Source: a virus | Lineage: Duplodnaviria; Caudoviricetes | Strand: one strand, 5' to 3' | Length of the DNA stretch: 45,665 bases | IMG/VR virus record: IMGVR_UViG_3300014201_000003 | Location: 1 to 45,665 of that record | Translations under genes and position numbers: made by a program | Notes under the pieces: model-generated | Databases searched by the model: none | Told to the model about the DNA's origin: nothing | What the model saw: the letters and a program-made list of their open reading frames with translations, nothing else | Part shown: one piece after another, positions 36,611 through 45,542 of the stretch | Layout of the letters: every line of letters begins with the position of its first letter | How positions within the stretch are numbered: the first letter of the stretch is position 1

Positions 36611-37793
36611 CGAAGAACTTTTTGTCTCTCTCAATGATGACATATCGTCTCCCAATTTTCTTGCACGCTTCTGCTGTGACACCAGAACCTCCAAAAGGAT
36701 CCAGGACTAAGCTACCCTCGAAACTGCATTGCTCCAAGAAGTGAATTGGAACATCTACCGGCTTTTCGTTTGGGTGAATAAGTTTGGTTGGGTGTACGGC
36801 TGGAGATGAGTATACAGCGCTCGGTTGACCTGACATGGACAATACTGGCGAGCCTTTCACGGCAAGTAAGATTGGCTCGTAGTCCCGCCCGTACTCCCAC
36901 GAGCGAGTACCATGTGAGATCACATTTTGCTTGTGCCAGATGAGCGGCATCTGGCTCACAGTGAAGCCGATCTTGGCTAACTCTTGACGGTAAATGTAGA
37001 AATCGTCAGTAGAGCAAATCACGTAGAGGAATGAGCCGTGCTTCAATACACGGTACACCTCTTTAAATACCGGTAGGGTTTTGTCGTCCTTGGTCAGCTT
37101 CGCATCTTTATACTCCAGCCAGGGCGGATCAGTGAAGCAGACGTCGAACTTAGCTGAGGGAAGCTGCTTAAGTATCTCGGATGAATCTCCCAGATACACC
37201 GTGTTCACTTCGAAGTCAACTGGAGCCAGAGCTTCATCTTCAGTATTCATGCGCTGAGCTTTTTTGAGGATAAATCGACGTGCAGTCACTTTATCTTTGA
37301 TTTTCTTCAGTTGAGGGTCGGCTTGGCACGCCTCTGCGAGTTTAATATCCTCAGATAGATTCCCAAATCCCATACCAAGCTCTTGAGCCGTGTCACGTAA
37401 CGACCAGCCAACCTTGGCTCCTTGACGTCCCACACCGTGCTGCTTCCTACGCAACTCGTGTAGTTTTGCTTCCATCTCACACACGGCCCACCATTCGAGA
37501 TTGGCTCGCTTGAGGTTCTCGTGGATATGGATTCTTTCCGCCTCATCCTCTGAGACGTCTTGAGACAACACCAAACAAAGTGCTGTCTCTCGACCTAATG
37601 ACTTTAATGCGTGATAACGCTTATCGCCGGTCTTAATTGCATAGGCATTATCTCCATGGTGAACAACAGTTATTGGGTGTAGAAGATAGCCAATCTCTTT
37701 TATTGAGCTAGCTAGTTCTTGTATGTCCTCTGGTTTATACTCCGTCGGAGGTTTCTTTGGATTAATTAAGTCTATTAGTATCTCTTGAATCAT
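36573..37793 (-). CDS. ParB/Srx N-terminal domain fused to an N6-A/N4-C DNA methyltransferase (beta class)
   Basis: ParB-like LASSIKEIG, GDKRYHA and ENLKR; HTH region; MTase motifs TDPPW, HPNEKP and VLDPFGGSG. Confidence 0.9.
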   Translation of the reverse strand: MIQEILIDLINPKKPPTEYKPEDIQELASSIKEIGYLLHPITVVHHGDNAYAIKTGDKRYHALKSLGRETALCLVLSQDVSEDEAERIHIHENLKRANLEWWAVCEMEAKLHELRRKQHGVGRQGAKVGWSLRDTAQELGMGFGNLSEDIKLAEACQADPQLKKIKDKVTARRFILKKAQRMNTEDEALAPVDFEVNTVYLGDSSEILKQLPSAKFDVCFTDPPWLEYKDAKLTKDDKTLPVFKEVYRVLKHGSFLYVICSTDDFYIYRQELAKIGFTVSQMPLIWHKQNVISHGTRSWEYGRDYEPILLAVKGSPVLSMSGQPSAVYSSPAVHPTKLIHPNEKPVDVPIHFLEQCSFEGSLVLDPFGGSGVTAEACKKIGRRYVIIERDKKFFDGIERRLASVTA

Positions 37794-37861
37794 CTTGGCC
37801 TCTATTTAGCTCCTCGTTATTAAATAATCTCTGAAACCTAAGAGATCGAGAGGAGCTAAAT

Positions 37862-37879
37862 GGGGGTCAAGCGACCCCC
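37862..37879 (-). terminator. GC-rich hairpin after the acidic gene (possible terminator/attenuator)
   Basis: GGGGGTC-4 nt-GACCCCC; only a weak T tail (ATTT). Confidence 0.45.
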
Positions 37880-37885
37880 AAAGTA

Positions 37886-38188
37886 CTACGCGTCGGTCAC
37901 AGTGATTTCATCAACTGAAACGACAAATCCGAATTGTCCGATGTCCTCTTTAAAGGTGTCCGACAACGTCTCATTCAACATCTCATTCGGGTTATCCTCG
38001 TTGATAGCCACAGTCAAGGTCATCATGACCATGACTTGTTTGGTTTCGGGCTCTTCTTCTTCTTCTTCTTCTTCTTCTTCTTCTTCTTCTTCTTCTTCTT
38101 CTTCTTCTTCATCGATACCGTCGATATCAACGTCATCTTCGTCATCTTCGATCGGAACCTGTTTAGTTGCGTCGTCAAGTTTATACAT
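37886..38188 (-). CDS. Highly acidic 100-aa protein with a poly-Glu20 tract
   Basis: AAGGAG RBS; D/E-dominated sequence. Confidence 0.75.
   Translation of the reverse strand: MYKLDDATKQVPIEDDEDDVDIDGIDEEEEEEEEEEEEEEEEEEEEPETKQVMVMMTLTVAINEDNPNEMLNETLSDTFKEDIGQFGFVVSVDEITVTDA
38054..38110 (-). repeat. Perfect trinucleotide microsatellite (GAA)19
   Basis: TTC x19 on the plus strand. Confidence 0.95.
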
Positions 38189-38336
38189 TGTTTTCTCCTT
38201 AACTTTAAGTTTTTTGGGGCCGAGGTTAACTTGATTGGTTAGCGGACTTGATCGAGCCGACGATAAAGACCCAATAATTCTCGGTCTTGGTCACGTAGCT
38301 CTCCTTGTTCGGTAAGGTCTTTGGGTCTTGTCATGA

Positions 38337-38744
38337 TTAGCTCTCCGACTCCAACGCACGGAAGTCAACGACGTCGTTCTGAAGGTTACCCTCCCAGAGT
38401 CGATTCTTCACGTACGCTTGGATCTTCTTACCGATGGACTTCTCGATGTCGTAATTCCCTCCCTCAGTCTTGACTGAAGCGCCGCAGGCCTGCAGATACG
38501 GAATGATGAATCCTGGAGCCTTCTCCGAGAAACACCGACGTAGTGGAGTGTCATTCGGTCGAGAACCGTCCTGCTGGTCCGGGCCGCCGAGCACGGTCAT
38601 GTCAATCCAGGTGTTAGTGCTCTGTCCACCGTCGGACTTCGCCTTCTCCTGACTGACCTTCTTAATTATCACCGGATACCAGCCAGGGTCGAGAACCTTC
38701 GACCGTAGCATATCTTCACGAGTTACTTGAAACATTAGTGGCAT
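38337..38744 (-). CDS. DUF669-like single-stranded DNA-binding protein
   Basis: LDPGWYPVIIKKV...IGKKIQAYV OB-fold pattern, adjacent to the Sak4-like ATPase. Confidence 0.7.
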   Translation of the reverse strand: MPLMFQVTREDMLRSKVLDPGWYPVIIKKVSQEKAKSDGGQSTNTWIDMTVLGGPDQQDGSRPNDTPLRRCFSEKAPGFIIPYLQACGASVKTEGGNYDIEKSIGKKIQAYVKNRLWEGNLQNDVVDFRALESES

Positions 38745-38750
38745 TGTTGT

Positions 38751-38918
38751 TTATTTTCCTTTACTTTCGTTGTTTTCTTTACTGTTCTCTGGTTTGTTAT
38801 CAGAGCTTGTTATCGTCGCTTCGCGACGTAGGCAGTGAGGGCAGATATCAGGATAGCTATACATATGCTCACAGAGCCATGCGGCCGATCCTGCTCCAGA
38901 CTGCCTGAAAATTACCAT
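38751..38918 (-). CDS. Possible 55-aa protein with CEH...CPHC motif
   Basis: Hand translation; it exactly fills the gap and overlaps a predicted RNA stem-loop. Confidence 0.35.
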   Translation of the reverse strand: MVIFRQSGAGSAAWLCEHMYSYPDICPHCLRREATITSSDNKPENSKENNESKGK

Positions 38919-39751
38919 GTCTCCTGCTCGGTTTTGATTTCAGGAGCATCAGGATTGTTCGTGGCCCGAACGAACTGCTTACCTTCTAAGTGGTTCATTA
39001 TGATGTCATAAAGTGAACCATTAGTAAAGTCAATTCGAGCCGGAATCGGTAGAGCGGTTTTAGCCCAGTCCCACCCAGTGTTGCGGGTCACCACGGTATA
39101 CTTGGGAGGTGCTGTGACATCCATGTCGGTTTGAACATCGAATTGATAGCACTCATCGAAGTGTACCGGTAACTTCGCGGCGATTTTCTTTCCCGCTGTT
39201 AGTAGCGATCGGCTCGTTGTGGTCACTCGAGTTTTGATGTCGGTGGACTCGATCGTAAGCACGTGAGCCGTTACGATGACGTTGACTCCCCAGCGGAACG
39301 AGATAGCTTTGAGGTTATCGATAATAACCTGAAGGCCTCGACTCTCGCCTCCGTAATCCTCGATCTGGAGGAACTCAATTCCTGCTCGCTTAACCTTCTT
39401 TTTGTCGGTTTCACGAGTTGAGATCATATCAGCGAGGATTTGATCTGATCCGGTCGTGATCCCATCGTACACTATCGTCTGGTACGGAGGCTCGTGTGTG
39501 TAGAACTTCTCGAGCCTCGTATTCAACGCAAGGAATGAATCAAATCGGTCGTAATGGAACTCGCGACCCTTTGGCCGCCAGTAGTTCACGACGGACTTCA
39601 TTCGGCCATCGTTATCCATGAAGTATGGACCGATGTTTGACTTTTCTTTGTGTCCGGGATAGCTCGCAGCGGCAATCGACTTTCCACTACCCGGGTCTCC
39701 TTTGAAGAGACAGAAAAATCTTGTGTCTAGGTTAACGTCTTCTGTTGTCAT
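38912..39751 (-). CDS. AAA_24/Sak4-like RecA-family ATPase (recombinase/annealase)
   Basis: GDPGSGKS, TIVYDGIT and VIVTAH. The ORF track starts at 39835; ATG at 39751 is preferred. Confidence 0.8.
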   Translation of the reverse strand: MTTEDVNLDTRFFCLFKGDPGSGKSIAAASYPGHKEKSNIGPYFMDNDGRMKSVVNYWRPKGREFHYDRFDSFLALNTRLEKFYTHEPPYQTIVYDGITTGSDQILADMISTRETDKKKVKRAGIEFLQIEDYGGESRGLQVIIDNLKAISFRWGVNVIVTAHVLTIESTDIKTRVTTTSRSLLTAGKKIAAKLPVHFDECYQFDVQTDMDVTAPPKYTVVTRNTGWDWAKTALPIPARIDFTNGSLYDIIMNHLEGKQFVRATNNPDAPEIKTEQETW

Positions 39752-39892
39752 TTGTTTAAATCTCTTATCTCGATATCCTCGAGTGTCGTCTCTGCTGGTA
39801 ATGGCTGCCCGAGTAAGATGATCCATAATTAACATCGCTCAGCCAATCGTTAAGATTATTTTCAGAGTTAACTTCAAAATATACTGGAATAA

Positions 39893-40126
39893 TCACGCGG
39901 TTAACGCCTTTCTATGGGTACACTCAAGGCAATGCGGTTTAGCCTGTGTAGCCATCTTCGGCGACATGATTTGTTCTTGCTCACAACGCCAGCAGATTGT
40001 CTTCATTCCAGTCACAAGCTCTTGGCGAATGTAGTGGGTGCATCCTGGCTTCATACACTTGTAGACTGTGTAGCCTTTGCTACCCAACTTCACCCTCTTG
40101 TATTTATGCACATGCTCACTCTTCAT
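39893..40126 (-). CDS. Small zinc-finger protein
   Basis: HVH, CMKPGC, CWRC and HCLEC. Confidence 0.75.
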   Translation of the reverse strand: MKSEHVHKYKRVKLGSKGYTVYKCMKPGCTHYIRQELVTGMKTICWRCEQEQIMSPKMATQAKPHCLECTHRKALTA

Positions 40127-40398
40127 TTTATTAACTCCTCCAACTGCTTAGCCTCCGCATAAGCGATGCCTAGCTCTACTCCAATTACCATAGCACTCAT
40201 GAATGTTAGTGCGTGTAATTGACCTGTGTTCAACGTGAAATTCACAAAGCCGTTGCAGCACGCTCTGGCGTATTCATCCTCTTCAAGATAACTCTTGATC
40301 TGGCAGGCAAGACAATCTTCATGTGAGCCACCTAACTCAATTTGAATTTGAGAGTACAAAGACTCCGTTATCTTAGCCATGATCTCTTTGTTTATCAT
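40123..40398 (-). CDS. Hypothetical protein
   Basis: ATGA overlaps at both ends. Confidence 0.65.
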   Translation of the reverse strand: MINKEIMAKITESLYSQIQIELGGSHEDCLACQIKSYLEEDEYARACCNGFVNFTLNTGQLHALTFMSAMVIGVELGIAYAEAKQLEELIK

Positions 40399-41249
40399 AA
40401 ATCGCTCCCAACGTCCCATTTAGGACCTTTTTCGAATAGTTGATGGATTGTGTGCAGTCTCGTTTCTAGCGGAGCCTCGCACACGGTTCGGAAGATACAG
40501 ATATTACTTCCATTTTTACACGATGTAAAACTCTTAGGGTAATACTCTTCTCGCTTCCAACGTAGAGCCTCTTTAATCCAATACACTGCATTTCGTCTCC
40601 ACTCTTCGAGTACAGGTGGAGGATATGACATGATTGGACGAAGGAACTTCTCTTTTGGCTTGATTGTTTTCTGCTTCCCAATCTTGTTGACCATAAGGTT
40701 TGTGGTCCCAGTCATCCAACAATATCCCATGAACTGATTACTCAGTCCGAGAGTTTCGTCTCTTCGGGAGTACGTCTTATGATCGACACACATCACTTTG
40801 ACGTTAGCCATTGATACGATCCAATCAATTTTACTCTCGTAAAGGATGATTAGATTGTCATCTTCATACATCACCTTCGATCCGACTTGCTCAACGGCAA
40901 TTGTTTCGAGCCGCTCGCCCCAATAAAACTCAACATACTCACGGAACGTCCGGAGCGCCTCTTCGACGTCCTCTAATTCAAGCTCCAGCGATGGCGCGTA
41001 ATACTCGGCGACCCGCTCGCATATTTGAATCATCCTTTTCATCGAAAAGTGGGCCGGCCAGCGCGAGCGGTACTTATGGATTGTGTAATACGTCTGAAGC
41101 ATTCGATGAATCAGATCTCCATACTCCAGTGCTCGCTGCTTCTCTACTGGGATGAGATCCCGCTCGAATGTCAGGTGGTATTTATAGCCGCACGACTGAA
41201 CTGAGGCCAGTCGTTGGCTGTCAAATACTACTATTTCTTTGTTAGCCAT
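40395..41249 (-). CDS. PD-(D/E)XK Cas4/AddB-like exonuclease
   Basis: N-terminal C, GDLIH, E...KID...VDHKT, QFMGY and a C-terminal C-x6-C-x5-C cluster. Confidence 0.85.
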   Translation of the reverse strand: MANKEIVVFDSQRLASVQSCGYKYHLTFERDLIPVEKQRALEYGDLIHRMLQTYYTIHKYRSRWPAHFSMKRMIQICERVAEYYAPSLELELEDVEEALRTFREYVEFYWGERLETIAVEQVGSKVMYEDDNLIILYESKIDWIVSMANVKVMCVDHKTYSRRDETLGLSNQFMGYCWMTGTTNLMVNKIGKQKTIKPKEKFLRPIMSYPPPVLEEWRRNAVYWIKEALRWKREEYYPKSFTSCKNGSNICIFRTVCEAPLETRLHTIHQLFEKGPKWDVGSDL

Positions 41250-41333
41250 AAAAATAAAAATAGCACGTTTCCAGATATTGCAATTACTAACCAGATAATC
41301 AATCCCATGATCTGGTCTTCTTTGTCTACTAGC

Positions 41334-41549
41334 TCATTCTTGAGCTCCTGTACCCGCTGCTGATGTGAGAGCGGAACTATCGGTAATTCTCTTAACTTCT
41401 CGGAGTTCGTACTCATAAATTATCACCGTTCCTTTGTGGATTTTCAGGATCTCCTGCGCCCATAACTCCATACTATTTAAGTGACCTCCGAATAGTGATA
41501 TGGGTCGTGGGAGTATTTCATCAGTCTCCAGATGCGCTGCGTATCTCAT
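41334..41549 (-). CDS. Hypothetical protein, 71 aa
   Basis: Co-oriented ORF. A further short TM-containing ORF (41231-41416) overlaps it. Confidence 0.5.
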   Translation of the reverse strand: MRYAAHLETDEILPRPISLFGGHLNSMELWAQEILKIHKGTVIIYEYELREVKRITDSSALTSAAGTGAQE

Positions 41550-41844
41550 TTTTCTTTTCTTTAAGTAGTTCTAATTTTCTCTGTGCTCTTTCCCGACCAA
41601 ATAACAGTTCGTACTCTTCTTTCTTGAAAGTCCAATACTTGAGTCTCGTCTGCAACCTATGTATCTTCTTTCTGTAGCCCTCGATACTGTCCTTAACGTT
41701 ACAGACCATGACTCTACAGTGTCTTAACTCCCTATATACCGCCGAGTTCATGTTCCGCTCGTGGTTCTGTTTGACCTTGGCTATCTGGGCCAAGCGGTAC
41801 GCTGGGTCGTGTCGATACTTGCTTCGTTTCTGCTCCTTGGTCAC
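41521..41844 (-). CDS. Basic coiled-coil hypothetical protein
   Basis: GAGGAGG RBS before GTG at 41844 (the ORF track starts at 41880). Confidence 0.65.
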   Translation of the reverse strand: MTKEQKRSKYRHDPAYRLAQIAKVKQNHERNMNSAVYRELRHCRVMVCNVKDSIEGYRKKIHRLQTRLKYWTFKKEEYELLFGRERAQRKLELLKEKKNEIRSASGD

Positions 41845-42106
41845 TTCTGGCCTCCTCTCGCGGACTATTACGAATCTCAACGTCGTTATTCCACTCGTTT
41901 ATCTCCAAGTAAACATTAAAGAACGTTAAACAGAAGTGTGGCTGTTGGCTCATATTGAACACAGAGTAGCAAAAAGCCAAGACTTTGACGTAGCCACAGC
42001 ATATCTCAGGAGTTCCCTCGCCGAAATCGATAGAGCAACATTTTTTATAGTCTGTACTAGAGTTGTAGTACAGCCTCACCGTTTCGAGTTTTCCTGTTAT
42101 AATCAT
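41732..42106 (-). CDS. Cys-rich hypothetical protein
   Basis: Fills the gap after the hydrolase; ATG at 42106. Confidence 0.45.
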   Translation of the reverse strand: MIITGKLETVRLYYNSSTDYKKCCSIDFGEGTPEICCGYVKVLAFCYSVFNMSQQPHFCLTFFNVYLEINEWNNDVEIRNSPREEARSDQGAETKQVSTRPSVPLGPDSQGQTEPRAEHELGGI

Positions 42107-42110
42107 AAAT

Positions 42111-42527
42111 TTAGAGTTTGTAGAATCGAATGTCTCCGATCTCCATTTCAGGGTTCTTAGCCCAGGCCGGACGCTCTTTGGTATCCGCGACCGACTCATA
42201 AGCATTGATCCCATTTAACATCAACGCGTCTGGCTGGCCTGGAATGGGCTCTAGTACGATCTGCTGGCAGAGATTCCACACAGTCCAATCCAATGTCGTC
42301 TGGTCAGACGGGTTTGGGAACATCTGGAGGGTACCGGCGTTGAACGACGAGAATTGTTTCGGCTGCAGGATAACGGCGATAGGGTCATTCGGCCAGCGTC
42401 GTTGCGGGTCACGTGTTCTATTGATTATCACGGCCTTCACGGCTCGTATGCAGGTTGGCAGCTGGTTACGTGCTTCACGCCATAGACATAGCGCGGTTAG
42501 CCACTGCTCGTAGGTTAGTTTATTCAT
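42111..42527 (-). CDS. SleB-like cell wall hydrolase (Hydrolase_2)
   Basis: LWREARNQ, AVKAVIINR, VILQPKQFSSFN, PAWA and IGDIRFY. Confidence 0.85.
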   Translation of the reverse strand: MNKLTYEQWLTALCLWREARNQLPTCIRAVKAVIINRTRDPQRRWPNDPIAVILQPKQFSSFNAGTLQMFPNPSDQTTLDWTVWNLCQQIVLEPIPGQPDALMLNGINAYESVADTKERPAWAKNPEMEIGDIRFYKL

Positions 42528-42650
42528 TGGTTTATTTTTCTTTTTTCATTCACAATCTTTTCGATGTAATCGTTAAGTAGTCTCGTTTGCCACGATGAGA
42601 TTAAGAGCAGGACTTTCAGTACCTGCTCTAGTATCCAAACTGAGATCATT

Positions 42651-44300
42651 TTAGAAGCCCCACTTCTTACCGCCTTTCTGTCGAAGCACACCCATCAACT
42701 CAGTCATCAACGACGATTCGTCCCATTTCATCGTCGCTTTACCATCTAGAGTCGATTGCATGATCTCTCGTTTCTTTTCGACAAGCTCGGAAAAGAACTC
42801 ATCTACTGTCCCGACCGCTACAAAGTACGTAGCGTTAATCTTGTCGGCAGTTTGACCCGGCCTCGGGAACCTCGCCTCGGCCTGTTCTTCGTTAGCAGGA
42901 TTCCACTGACGCTCCGCCATGATGCAATCCGATACGAACTGCATATTTAAACCTTCTCCGCTAGCTAGCGTTGAGGCTAGCAAGATTCGGTGGGTCGGTA
43001 GTTTTAGAGTTTGTAACGCCTCATCTCTTGCGTACGAATCCATGTCCGATCTGATTTGCAGTACAGATCGGCCGTACTCGGCTGGCCAATCCGATGTGAA
43101 CTTGGTTAATTTGTGAGCGATAGTCTCCATCACATCTTTATGGTGGGTGAAGATTACGATCTTACGCTCGACTGGCGTCGACATACAGAACTCTTCGACG
43201 TACTCGACGATAGGATCGATTTTGGCCAGCCCGGCTAAATGACGCATCTTAGCGAGGTAAGCCATGAGATTCGAGTATTTCTCAAATGAGGTTCCTTCAT
43301 CCGAATCAAAAGCGTCATTAAATTCTCGCATGGTTTGAGCATACATATCCTCAACCATTTTACCGAGTTCGCAGAATTGGAACTGTCGCCAGATTAGAGG
43401 AAGGTCGGGCAGCACGGTCTTGCGGTCCCGGCGGATAATGAAATCTTTGGTATGCTCGTGAAACTTCTCAGGTGACTTGAGCCCGCCGATTTTGCTTTTG
43501 TACCCGTCAAAATAATTATCACACCAGCCGTAAATATAGCCTGACTCGGTTGGAAATTTATCCGGTCTAAGGATGTTTAGAATTGTGAAATATTCGCCGG
43601 CGTTATTCTTGATCGGTGTGCCGCTCAGGGCTATGATATGCTTAACGTTGCCACAGGTTCGCACGATCGCTTTGGTTCGCTTCGATGTAGGATTCTTAAT
43701 CATTTGACACTCGTCTATCACGACGAGCTTGACTCCCAACTTCACTGCGATGTCCCAGATAGTCTTCCCTTCCTGAGCGATGTAGTCGATAACCTTTCCC
43801 TTCTTATCCTTGAGCACTTTGTGTCCGATTCGCCACGCCGTGTCCATTGATATGATGTAGCCATCCATGCCTGGAATGAAGAATGAGTTAGCATCGTCGA
43901 TTATCTGTACCGTCAGATCTCCCCAACGTACATCCTCTTTGAGCCATTGAACTCTCAATCCAGATTTGACGAACTGAAAGAATGGGATCGTCTCTTCTCT
44001 GTGGGCAGCCACGGTAGCTATAGCCTGGACGGTCTTCCCTAATCCCATTTCGTCGGCTACCAAACATCGCATCCCACTCTTTTCGATGAATCGCGCACCT
44101 TCAAGTTGAAACGGGAAGAGCTTCTTTCCGTCAATCGAGGTGATATCAAGCGTGTCAATCTCGGTGGGTGCGGTACCGTTTATTAACTCGGAGTGTCCGC
44201 ACTGATAGGTACGCATCGAAGTCTTCCCGAATAACTTCGATTCGGACTTCAGGATTGCGACCTTCTGGCATACCGGGCAGGTGTGTTTTACTCTAGCCAT
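42651..44300 (-). CDS. SNF2-family helicase (HARP/SMARCAL1-like) with N-terminal Zn ribbon
   Basis: ADEMGLGKT, VIDECQ, LSGTP, GEGLN, WNP and QAEAR. Confidence 0.9.
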   Translation of the reverse strand: MARVKHTCPVCQKVAILKSESKLFGKTSMRTYQCGHSELINGTAPTEIDTLDITSIDGKKLFPFQLEGARFIEKSGMRCLVADEMGLGKTVQAIATVAAHREETIPFFQFVKSGLRVQWLKEDVRWGDLTVQIIDDANSFFIPGMDGYIISMDTAWRIGHKVLKDKKGKVIDYIAQEGKTIWDIAVKLGVKLVVIDECQMIKNPTSKRTKAIVRTCGNVKHIIALSGTPIKNNAGEYFTILNILRPDKFPTESGYIYGWCDNYFDGYKSKIGGLKSPEKFHEHTKDFIIRRDRKTVLPDLPLIWRQFQFCELGKMVEDMYAQTMREFNDAFDSDEGTSFEKYSNLMAYLAKMRHLAGLAKIDPIVEYVEEFCMSTPVERKIVIFTHHKDVMETIAHKLTKFTSDWPAEYGRSVLQIRSDMDSYARDEALQTLKLPTHRILLASTLASGEGLNMQFVSDCIMAERQWNPANEEQAEARFPRPGQTADKINATYFVAVGTVDEFFSELVEKKREIMQSTLDGKATMKWDESSLMTELMGVLRQKGGKKWGF

Positions 44301-44401
44301 TTTTTCGCTCCAAAGCTGAGAATGGATTATCCATATATCTCAATCCTCCCACCTTTTGGGATGAATAACCATATTTGGTCGATGGTATTGAGGTATATTT
44401 G

Positions 44402-45259
44402 TTAGTCATTGAGAAAAGCCTCCACTTCTTGTTGTGATTTACCACTCTCAAGCATCCACGTAGCGATTAGCTTGGCTTGGTCCGGAGATTTACTCGGGTC
44501 ATTCAATCTAATCTTGGCTACCAAATTCTGGATCTGCTCGGCCTTCGAGATTTTCTTTACTTTTGGAGTTTTCTTCTTTTCAATTTTCTCTCCTCTACGT
44601 AGAGCTTGGATAAACGCTTCACGCTCCGAGTCGGTCGTAAGGTTGGCAGTCTCCTCATCTTCTCGCTCGGTTCGTACTTTGCGGGTCTCCATCATTCCCA
44701 TTTTGAGTTCTTCGATACGCTGGAGGAAGAACTCAATGTGGTGCGTTAGTTGGGGGATAGACATATGCTTAACTATCTCCCTCTCTCGGTTCCGGATGAA
44801 GCGCTCATGCTCGCCTGTCGGGCGAATCTTACCGTCCTTCATGACCCAATTCTTTGTCAGATCCTCAGGTGCTTCTCCGTTCAGACATTTGGGACATTTT
44901 CCCTGTTTAAGGATATCCGGGTGACGGCACTTATCTTTCGGTCCGTGACTCCACCATCGGTTACAATCGCAGAGGTGGTGGCATCCATCCTCGGCGATCT
45001 GGTCGAATCCCTCCATTTTATTCGGGTCTTCGATACTGCCGAGCTGTGCGGGAGGTGCGGGCGGAACCTTAAAGAGCATCTTTGATGTCGGTTGAGCAAC
45101 CATGACATCTGATAGAGGTTCCTTTTCGACAAGCTCTGTTGTTTCTGGAATTATCTCTGGCACTTTTGCGGGAGAACTCGCATGCTTCGGTGTAAGTAAA
45201 TAACCTTTTGTCGTTTCGGCGGAAACAACAGCGTTATTTATTAACTTTTTTAGATCCAT
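44402..45259 (-). CDS. Hypothetical protein with central Cys/His cluster and coiled coil
   Basis: GGAGAGG RBS before ATG at 45259; CHHLCDC...H...C...CPKC. Confidence 0.75.
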   Translation of the reverse strand: MDLKKLINNAVVSAETTKGYLLTPKHASSPAKVPEIIPETTELVEKEPLSDVMVAQPTSKMLFKVPPAPPAQLGSIEDPNKMEGFDQIAEDGCHHLCDCNRWWSHGPKDKCRHPDILKQGKCPKCLNGEAPEDLTKNWVMKDGKIRPTGEHERFIRNREREIVKHMSIPQLTHHIEFFLQRIEELKMGMMETRKVRTEREDEETANLTTDSEREAFIQALRRGEKIEKKKTPKVKKISKAEQIQNLVAKIRLNDPSKSPDQAKLIATWMLESGKSQQEVEAFLND

Positions 45260-45455
45260 TTTGTTTTCCTCTCCAAGTGTTGGGCGTGCGGGACTCGACG
45301 CCATTGTATGCTCTTAGCAGAGACATCTGAGCGGCACTAAGCTGACCGGCCGCGCGTTTATAGTCAAACACGTCAGGATTAGTCGCAGCATCAGCTAAAA
45401 CCTCAGAAATGATGTCTGCTATATCTTGTATCGTGTCAGTTTGTTTTTGTGTCAT
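45234..45455 (-). CDS. Hypothetical protein, first gene of the leftward operon
   Basis: GAGGAG RBS before ATG at 45455. Confidence 0.65.
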   Translation of the reverse strand: MTQKQTDTIQDIADIISEVLADAATNPDVFDYKRAAGQLSAAQMSLLRAYNGVESRTPNTWRGKQNGSKKVNK

Positions 45456-45542
45456 CAAACTAAATTCTCCTCGAAGCCCAAAAAGCATCAGTCCAGAACA
45501 AACCGAACATAAAAAACTCGGAAGAAACTCGGCCGAATATAT

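Noticed and set aside
37860-38242. Plus-strand poly-Ser and poly-Phe ORFs
   Set aside because: They are shadows of the (GAA)n tract. The minus-strand poly-Glu ORF has the RBS and matches operon orientation.
40395-41249. Cas4-like nuclease as evidence of a CRISPR-Cas system
   Set aside because: There is no array and no other cas gene. The context (Sak4-like ATPase, SSB) is the usual phage recombination module.
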